DNA of 60,626 nt from NCBI GenBank assembly GCA_000276965.1, contig AKKQ01000005.1, positions 1 to 60,626 of the forward strand. Reading direction: 5' to 3'. The translations under genes and the position numbers were made by a program. Shown here piece after piece: positions 54,938-60,626 of the stretch (within the stretch, counting starts at the first letter, position 1; each line of letters begins with the position of its first letter). The notes beneath the pieces were generated by a model, which had not been told where the DNA came from, searched no databases, and saw only the letters and a program-made list of their open reading frames with translations. This DNA is from Thiovulum sp. ES (GTDB lineage Bacteria > Campylobacterota > Campylobacteria > Campylobacterales > Thiovulaceae).

Positions 54938-55600
54938 TCACAAATCTTTTTTTAAATTTTGTTCATGTAAAATTTTCAGAGTCTCAAAATGAAATTCAAT
55001 TCTTTCTTTTAACCAATCAGAAACTTTTTGACGACTTTTTGGTTTTAAGCCTCTTTCAATATCTGTGATTATGTGAGAGTAGATGTATTCCCTTGAGTTG
55101 TATTCAAACTTATTCTGTTTATTCCAACCTTTTTCTTTGTCCAAAACTCGATTAATATTTAAGTTCATATTAATCACGATCCATTTTGGACTATTTCCAT
55201 TATAAATTTTTGGCAAATAGTCCATTCTGAAATCATTGTATCTATCACCACCTAGTTCTCGGATTACGGGATAATATTCCATGAAAAATTTATACACGAG
55301 AAGCTCAAATTCTTTTGAAACCCAAGTCGCATATTTAAAAGCCAAAAAGTGATTAATTCGCTTTGTCTTACCTCTTCCAAAAATAATATCTTCATCTTTA
55401 AGGTCATCTTCTTTTTTTAGAACTTCAATAAAATCCTTTGTATCTTTTCTTGTCATAAAGATATTAAAAGATTTATCTATGTTTCCAGCTATCCTTAACA
55501 TTGATGCTTCAAGCTCTTTAACATAAAGCATTTTAGAATGCATATCCTGAGCAAAAAGCAAATCTTTAAAGTTTATTTCTAATTTTTGTGATGTTTTCAA
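54938..55600 (-). CDS. KilA-N-like domain protein, paralog B (divergent)
   Basis: 220 aa. FMTRKDTKDFIEVL...RINHFLAFKYATWVSKEFELLVYKFF resembles the KilA-N core. Confidence 0.5.
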   Translation of the reverse strand: MKTSQKLEINFKDLLFAQDMHSKMLYVKELEASMLRIAGNIDKSFNIFMTRKDTKDFIEVLKKEDDLKDEDIIFGRGKTKRINHFLAFKYATWVSKEFELLVYKFFMEYYPVIRELGGDRYNDFRMDYLPKIYNGNSPKWIVINMNLNINRVLDKEKGWNKQNKFEYNSREYIYSHIITDIERGLKPKSRQKVSDWLKERIEFHFETLKILHEQNLKKDL

Positions 55601-55734
55601 AATATCCCCAATATGTTTATTGCATTTTATCTGCTAAAAACATATTGTATTAAAATTATATGAATTTTGCAACTATATTTACAAATAGATAAAATTTATT
55701 TTATTTACTTAGTGTAAAAAATATAAAATTTATT

Positions 55735-56655
55735 TTATTTGATAGTTATCAAACAATTCAAAAAAAATAAAATTTTTATGAGAACCTCTTTTAAATTATC
55801 GTAATCTTTTACAAATCCGACTTCTACCATTGATGTTAAAGTTTTTAAATACTCACCTCGTTTTTGTTGAATCAAAGAATCATGTTCTTTTTGGTTGTAT
55901 CCACGAGTGTCGAAAATTGAAAGTTTTTCACGAAGCAACAAAGAAAGATGGGAATAAATTCCTGTGTTGTTTTTTCCAATTCGGTCAGGCAGAGTATCAA
56001 CAATTTTATTGAATTCTTTGAAATTGTCTCCACCAACATCTCGGTAAAGCAAAATGTTCTGATTGATGAAAACCTCATACATTTCATCTTTTAAAACTGG
56101 ATCAAGGTAGTTTGCCAAGTCAAGCATAATTCTCAAATCTGCCCAAGTTCCACCATATTTTCCTCGTTTTGAAAAAATTACATTTTTATATTTTTTCATC
56201 ATTGCAGAATAATCAATTTTGTTATAAATGTCCTTGATTACGACAAAATCTAATTCAGGTGTCACGGCTGATTTAAAAAAGTTTGGATTTTCCTTTGTTT
56301 TAGAACGAACGATAATATATTCCCAAACATATTCTAATCGCAACCATTCTTGTAGCTCGATTTTTCTTAAATCTCTTTTTTCTCGATACTCGTTTCCGAT
56401 TGCCAAAACATCATTAAGAGAGTCTTTTAAATTTTTATCCAATTCTTGTGCTTTATGAAAACTTTCTATTGCTTCTTCAAATCTATCAGCATGTTGATAA
56501 GTTTCTCCTAAAAGAGCATGAGATTTTGCAAAGTTTGGATTTAACTCAATTGATTCTAAAAGTAACTCTAAAATACCATCAGTATCTTCTCCGTCATCAA
56601 AATTATCTTTTGCATATTCAAACAATTCTAAATATTCGTATTGTTCTAAATTCAT
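55735..56655 (-). CDS. TPR plus KilA-N-like mosaic protein, paralog C
   Basis: The N-terminal ~80 aa are TPR-like (NPNFAKSHALLGETYQHADRFEEAIESFHKAQELD). Then the shared NDVLAIGNEYR block and the C-terminus identical to paralog A. The reading frame stays open upstream to 56826. Confidence 0.6.
   Translation of the reverse strand: MNLEQYEYLELFEYAKDNFDDGEDTDGILELLLESIELNPNFAKSHALLGETYQHADRFEEAIESFHKAQELDKNLKDSLNDVLAIGNEYREKRDLRKIELQEWLRLEYVWEYIIVRSKTKENPNFFKSAVTPELDFVVIKDIYNKIDYSAMMKKYKNVIFSKRGKYGGTWADLRIMLDLANYLDPVLKDEMYEVFINQNILLYRDVGGDNFKEFNKIVDTLPDRIGKNNTGIYSHLSLLLREKLSIFDTRGYNQKEHDSLIQQKRGEYLKTLTSMVEVGFVKDYDNLKEVLIKILFFLNCLITIK
55761..56088 (-). repeat. ~335-bp near-identical direct repeat, copy 2
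   Basis: See 54092-54429. Confidence 0.85.
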
Positions 56656-56826
56656 TGCTTTTCGTAGAATTTTTACAACATTAAAATTCTCTTCTGCTTT
56701 TGCAATATCTAAAGCTGTTTTATTGTCTTGATTTTTTAAATTTGGATTTGCACCATAATCTAAAAGAAGATTTACAATCTCAATATCATCAAAATAAGCT
56801 GTTTCAATTAAAGCTGTATTTCCTAA
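56656..56826 (-). other. in-frame ankyrin-repeat-coding segment lacking a start codon
   Basis: The frame upstream of the annotated Met reads KINDLGNTALIETAYFDDIEIVNLLLDYGANPNLKNQDNKTALDIAKAEENFNVVKILRKA, about two ankyrin repeats. It opens directly after a stop that abuts the mcrC stop. No ATG/GTG/TTG occurs in this stretch. Confidence 0.6.
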
Positions 56827-56830
56827 GTCA

Positions 56831-58000
56831 TTAATCTTTTACGACCTCATCGATACCAAAACCAATATTTACAAAAATCACTTCAATTTCTGTTCCACCA
56901 ATTTTTGGTTCAAAAACTAAATTTTCCCGACTTTCAAAACTCGGAGCAATAAAATAGCCCTTTCTCTTTTTGAGAGTCGAAACATAAGTTATCAACTGAT
57001 AAATATCTTCTCGGTTTGGTCTCTCTTTGTAAATTTTGTATTTCGTATCAATAACAAAATCATCTAAAATAATGTCGGGAATTATCTTGATTTTGTCGTA
57101 AATTGAGTGTGATTTTTGTGAGACAAACGGAATTTTAGATTTTTTTAAAAGAGTTTCAACAAATTTTTCAAAAAGATAATTCATGTCAAAAAGAATACTC
57201 CAGAAAGGAGTTGAGTCAATTTTTGCCGTGTATGGCATGTAGTTGTAAAAAATGGTTCGTGCCTGATTGAAAAGAGTCTCAAATCTGCTATTCAATCTTG
57301 AAAATTGGACTCGCTCAAAATCACTTTCACGAAGTTGGATATTTTCGACATTTTCCAAAAGATTACGGACTTCAAAAAAATTCTGCTTCGTTCGGTAGGA
57401 AAAAGTTTGGTCTTCCAAAAGAAGAATTGAAATAGACTTAAAAACTTTCATGAGATTCGTGTTTTTCGTTCGTTTTCGATATTCGACAACAACTCTACTT
57501 CTATCAAACGGATGTCGATTTAGAGTTTTTTGAATATCAATTTTTCCACGAATTGTGTTATTGCTTTCAATAACTTTTGTGTAGCCTTTGTCACTTCCTT
57601 TTCTGATTTCTGCCAAAAGGTTTTCCGAAAAAAGTTCCACAACATACGAAATCAGAGGCAACTCTTTAATCGAAACTTTCGATGAGGTCGAGCTACTCAC
57701 AAATGAATTTCTCTTGTCGGTAAAACGGATCAATTTTACAAACTCTTTTCGATAGCTCTCTATGTTTTTCTCTTTTGCAATTTTTGGCAAAATCTCAATA
57801 ATCACACCATCTTTCAAAGCAATTGAGCCAACAATAGAATCTGTTTTTACAGTTTGTGAATTGTGAAATTTAAAAACTGACTTTTTATCAAGTTTGATTG
57901 AAAGCAAATCAGCTAAATCATTTTTTGAGAAAACAGCATTTTCCAAATCTCGTTTTTCAGCAATTTTCACTTTTGAGTGTTCAAAAATTGTAACAATCAT
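56831..58000 (-). CDS. mcrC: McrC-like endonuclease subunit
   Basis: 389 aa located downstream of the McrB-like GTPase. C-terminal PD-(D/E)xK-like motif IPDIILDDFVIDTKYK. Confidence 0.75.
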   Translation of the reverse strand: MIVTIFEHSKVKIAEKRDLENAVFSKNDLADLLSIKLDKKSVFKFHNSQTVKTDSIVGSIALKDGVIIEILPKIAKEKNIESYRKEFVKLIRFTDKRNSFVSSSTSSKVSIKELPLISYVVELFSENLLAEIRKGSDKGYTKVIESNNTIRGKIDIQKTLNRHPFDRSRVVVEYRKRTKNTNLMKVFKSISILLLEDQTFSYRTKQNFFEVRNLLENVENIQLRESDFERVQFSRLNSRFETLFNQARTIFYNYMPYTAKIDSTPFWSILFDMNYLFEKFVETLLKKSKIPFVSQKSHSIYDKIKIIPDIILDDFVIDTKYKIYKERPNREDIYQLITYVSTLKKRKGYFIAPSFESRENLVFEPKIGGTEIEVIFVNIGFGIDEVVKD

Positions 58001-58009
58001 TCTAAAACT

Positions 58010-58981
58010 CTAATTATAAATTTTGACTACGGCACTTTCTGAAAAACCCTCATTCACCTTAAAAACTTTTCGATTTGAATTCTCTACAAAATCTTCAAAT
58101 TCAGGCAAAAATAGATTATTATCAATTTCAACAAGCTCTAAAATTCCCCCTCCATTTTCGTAACTTTGGTTTAAAACTGCACAAATTGATTTCCAATCTT
58201 CATAAAAATACTCTTGTAAAAGTGGAATGATTTTTGTGATTATCACTTTTTGCAATTCAGTAAAATTTTTTAAATTTAAAAAATATGAGTGTCCAAGTTG
58301 ATAATGTTCATTTTTTAAAAGAACAATTCTTTTATTCAACTTTTCTAAAAGTTTTGACAAATCAATTTTTCCAATTTTGCCTAAAATTGTGTAATCTGGT
58401 TTCAGCTCAACAAACTCAAATCGCCGACGAAGAGCAATATCAATCAAAGAAATAGACTTATCCACATTGTTCATCGTTGCAATAATGTGTAGGTTTTTTG
58501 GAACTTCCAATTTTTGATTTGTTGAATACGGAAGTGAAATATTGATTTCTCCTTTTTCACCAACTCTCCGATTCTCTTCAAGAAGAGTAAAAAATTCTCC
58601 AAAAATTGATGCAATATCTCCACGATTGATTTCGTCAATTATCAAAACATAATCATAATCTTGATTATTTAAAGCTCGTTCAGAAATCTTTTTAAAAATC
58701 CCATCGACAACATCAAAACTACCATTTTTGTTTGCACGAATTCCCTCGATAAATTCTTGATAGGAGTAGTTTGGGTGAAAAGTGATGAACTCGATTAGTG
58801 GATAAATTTCTTGTTTTTGATCAAAATCTTTTTTTGATAAGTTTTCAAATTCATTGTGATTGTCATATTTTGTAGAAAGCTCTTTGAAATCTCCACTGTT
58901 ACCAACAATTTTTACAGCTTCTTCAATTGCCTTTGTTGTTTTTCCTGTTCCTGCTGAACCAAAATAAATTATATTTTTCAA
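58010..58981 (-). CDS. mcrB: McrB-like AAA+ GTPase, core only (no N-terminal DNA-binding domain)
   Basis: Walker A GSAGTGKTT. McrB signature LIIDEINRGDIASIFGEFFTLLE, IIATMNNVDKS and ALRRRFEF. The Walker A lies within the first 15 residues. Confidence 0.85.
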   Translation of the reverse strand: MKNIIYFGSAGTGKTTKAIEEAVKIVGNSGDFKELSTKYDNHNEFENLSKKDFDQKQEIYPLIEFITFHPNYSYQEFIEGIRANKNGSFDVVDGIFKKISERALNNQDYDYVLIIDEINRGDIASIFGEFFTLLEENRRVGEKGEINISLPYSTNQKLEVPKNLHIIATMNNVDKSISLIDIALRRRFEFVELKPDYTILGKIGKIDLSKLLEKLNKRIVLLKNEHYQLGHSYFLNLKNFTELQKVIITKIIPLLQEYFYEDWKSICAVLNQSYENGGGILELVEIDNNLFLPEFEDFVENSNRKVFKVNEGFSESAVVKIYN

Positions 58982-58999
58982 ACCAAACTCCTCTGAAAA

Positions 59000-59836
59000 T
59001 TAAAAGCTTTTTAAAAGTTCAATTTCATCTTTCCAAATCGTATCGTCAATTGTTTCCAAAACAAGCGGAATTTCATCAATCCGAGAATCATTCATTATAA
59101 ATTTAAAAGTGTCTAAGCCAATTTCACCTTTTCCAAGAGAATGATGTCTATCAACTCGACTACCAAACTTTGCTTTTGAGTCGTTGATGTGCATTCCTTT
59201 TAAATATTTAAATCCGACCTCATCGCCAAAAAGCTTCATTGTTTTTTCGTAATTTTCACGATCCCGAATATCATAGCCTGAAGAGAAAAGATGACAAGTA
59301 TCAATACAAACACCAACTCGACTTTTATCTTCAACTCCATCAATAATTGCGGAAAGATGTTCCAATTTATATCCTAAATTTGTTCCTTGCCCTGCAGTGT
59401 TTTCAATTACAAGTGTTACATCTTCTGTTTTATCAAGAGTCCGATTCATCGCCTCAACTACTTTTGCGATTCCTTCGTCTTCACTAATCTGTTTTAAATG
59501 ACTTCCTGGATGAAAATTCAAACGATCCAAACCTAAAATTCCGCATCGCTCAACTTCATCAATAAATGCATTTAGTGATTTTTCCCATTTTTCCTGTTCT
59601 GGACTTGCCAAATTTATTAAATAGCTGTCGTGTGGTAAAACCTGTTTTGCTGAAAATCCAAATTTTTCCATGTTTTCCCGAAATTTATCAATTGTCGCTG
59701 TATCTAAATCTTTAGCTTTCCATTGCCTTTGATTTTTCGTGAATAGTGCGAAACCACTTGCACCTATCTTGTTTGCATTTATCGGAGCATTCCAAACCCC
59801 GCCACTGCTACTAACATGTGCACCAATATATTTCAT
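59000..59836 (-). CDS. nfo: endonuclease IV
   Basis: [13 protein letters not shown]..., [33 protein letters not shown] and HINDS metal-ligand blocks. I re-set the start to the Met preceding KYIGAH. Confidence 0.9.
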   Translation of the reverse strand: MKYIGAHVSSSGGVWNAPINANKIGASGFALFTKNQRQWKAKDLDTATIDKFRENMEKFGFSAKQVLPHDSYLINLASPEQEKWEKSLNAFIDEVERCGILGLDRLNFHPGSHLKQISEDEGIAKVVEAMNRTLDKTEDVTLVIENTAGQGTNLGYKLEHLSAIIDGVEDKSRVGVCIDTCHLFSSGYDIRDRENYEKTMKLFGDEVGFKYLKGMHINDSKAKFGSRVDRHHSLGKGEIGLDTFKFIMNDSRIDEIPLVLETIDDTIWKDEIELLKSF

Positions 59837-59944
59837 TTTTTTTCTTTTATTTAAACTTAAAGAATATAGTAACATGTCGCTTTCTATAAAAATTTTAAAG
59901 CAAATAACTTATACTTTTGCTAATATTTTTCAAAGGAGCTAGAA

Positions 59945-60626
59945 ATGGCAAAAGCAGACCTTTTTGGAGAAGCTCTTTGGGACCAATACTCAAATAAAGT
60001 TTCTGATCGAATGAACAACCCTAGAAATCAGGGTGAAATTACTGAAGAAGAGGCAAAAGAACGAGGTGGAAAACTTGTTGTTGCTGATTTTGGAGCTGAA
60101 AGTTGCGGTGATGCTGTTCGACTTTTCTGGTTAGTTGATGAAAGCAATGACAAAATTATTGATACTAAATTTAAAAGTTTTGGTTGCGGAACAGCAATTG
60201 CTAGTTCAGATATGATGGCAGAACTCTGTCTTGGAAAAACTGTTGATGAAGCTGTAAAGATCACAAACATTGATGTTGAAATGGCTTTACGAGATGATCC
60301 AAATGAACCAGCAGTTCCAGGACAAAAGATGCACTGCTCAGTTATGGCTTATGATGTAATTAAGGAAGCTGCTGCAATTTACAAAGGTGTTGATGCTGAC
60401 TCTTTTGAGCGAGAAAATATCGTTTGTGAGTGTGCAAGAATTTCTCTTTCAACTCTTAAAGAAGTTATCAAATTAAATGATTTGAAAACTGTTGAGCAAA
60501 TCACGGATTATACAAAAGCTGGTGCTTTCTGTAAATCTTGTATCAGACCTGGAGGACACGAAAAGAAAGATATTTATCTTGTTGATATTTTAAAAGATGT
60601 TCGAGCTGAAATGGATGAGGAAAAAC
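59945..60626 (+). CDS. nifU: NifU-type Fe-S cluster scaffold protein (3' end outside window)
   Basis: ATG at 59945. Encodes MAKADLFGEALWDQYSNKV...ADFGAESCGDAVRLFW...SFGCGTAIASS...KMHCSVMA (IscU-like Cys triad). This is followed by CECARIS...FCKSC (central ferredoxin-like domain). The ORF runs off the window end. Confidence 0.9.
   Translation, partial: MAKADLFGEALWDQYSNKVSDRMNNPRNQGEITEEEAKERGGKLVVADFGAESCGDAVRLFWLVDESNDKIIDTKFKSFGCGTAIASSDMMAELCLGKTVDEAVKITNIDVEMALRDDPNEPAVPGQKMHCSVMAYDVIKEAAAIYKGVDADSFERENIVCECARISLSTLKEVIKLNDLKTVEQITDYTKAGAFCKSCIRPGGHEKKDIYLVDILKDVRAEMDEEK

Noticed and set aside
55689-55741. 18-nt direct repeat ataaaatttattttattt (two copies) downstream of the third KilA-N-like gene
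   Set aside because: This is very low-complexity A/T sequence in an AT-rich genome. It could easily arise by chance or slippage, and no supporting structure was found.
2808-59224. Explaining GATGAGGT/ACCTCATC as a Chi or KOPS-type polar signal, or as a favoured peptide (Asp-Glu-Val)
   Set aside because: The orientations are nearly balanced within one 60-kb stretch, whereas polar signals should be strongly skewed. The word is read in all three frames on coding strands (DEV, RPH, TSS, NLIE), so it is not an amino-acid motif.
1-60626. CRISPR arrays, rRNA genes, an intact prophage or an integrase-bounded island
   Set aside because: I saw no regularly spaced direct repeats with unique spacers and no rRNA-like sequence. 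KilA-N/antirepressor-type genes are present, but there are no integrase, capsid, tail or terminase genes.

Overview
AT-rich chromosomal window that looks like a Campylobacterota (epsilonproteobacterial) genome. All calls below come from reading motifs in the supplied translations and the DNA; no BLAST or HMM search was possible.

**Core genes.** Most of the window is housekeeping: thrB, tRNA-Ser, modB, lepB, murJ, metG, fliH, petABC with a diheme PetC, hpf, rpsU, flgH, nspC, fliN, ftsEX, trmB, murG, ftsZ/ftsA, a ppiD-like gene, folK, aroQ, a holB-like gene, an SQR-type sulfide:quinone oxidoreductase, nfo and nifU.

**Accessory patches.**
- 273-6813: a KilA-N gene, an HTH gene, an ABC-type ATPase and a type IIG restriction-modification enzyme, bracketed by a 37-bp direct repeat.
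- About 6.9 kb, 13.4-14.0 kb and 53.8-54.1 kb: decayed IS605-type TnpB remnants with structured right-end (omega-RNA-like) repeats.
- 54.1-59.0 kb: three mosaic KilA-N-like paralogs followed by a minimal McrBC system.
- 17495-28126: the most unusual locus. It is a tightly coupled minus-strand cluster encoding four paralogous Hsp70 (DnaK-like) ATPases. One has a PIN nuclease domain inserted in its nucleotide-binding domain and one is fused to a vWA/MIDAS domain. The cluster also encodes a GrpE-like protein, a long coiled-coil protein and a 449-aa helical protein, and has no J-domain partner. I flag it as a candidate undescribed chaperone-based conflict system.

**Window-wide signal.** The 10-mer CGATGAGGTC/GACCTCATCG is massively over-represented. 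I counted about 23 exact copies, and about 38 copies of the 8-mer core. They occur in both orientations and in all three reading frames, which resembles a DNA-uptake-sequence-like genomic signature.

No CRISPR array or rRNA gene was seen.
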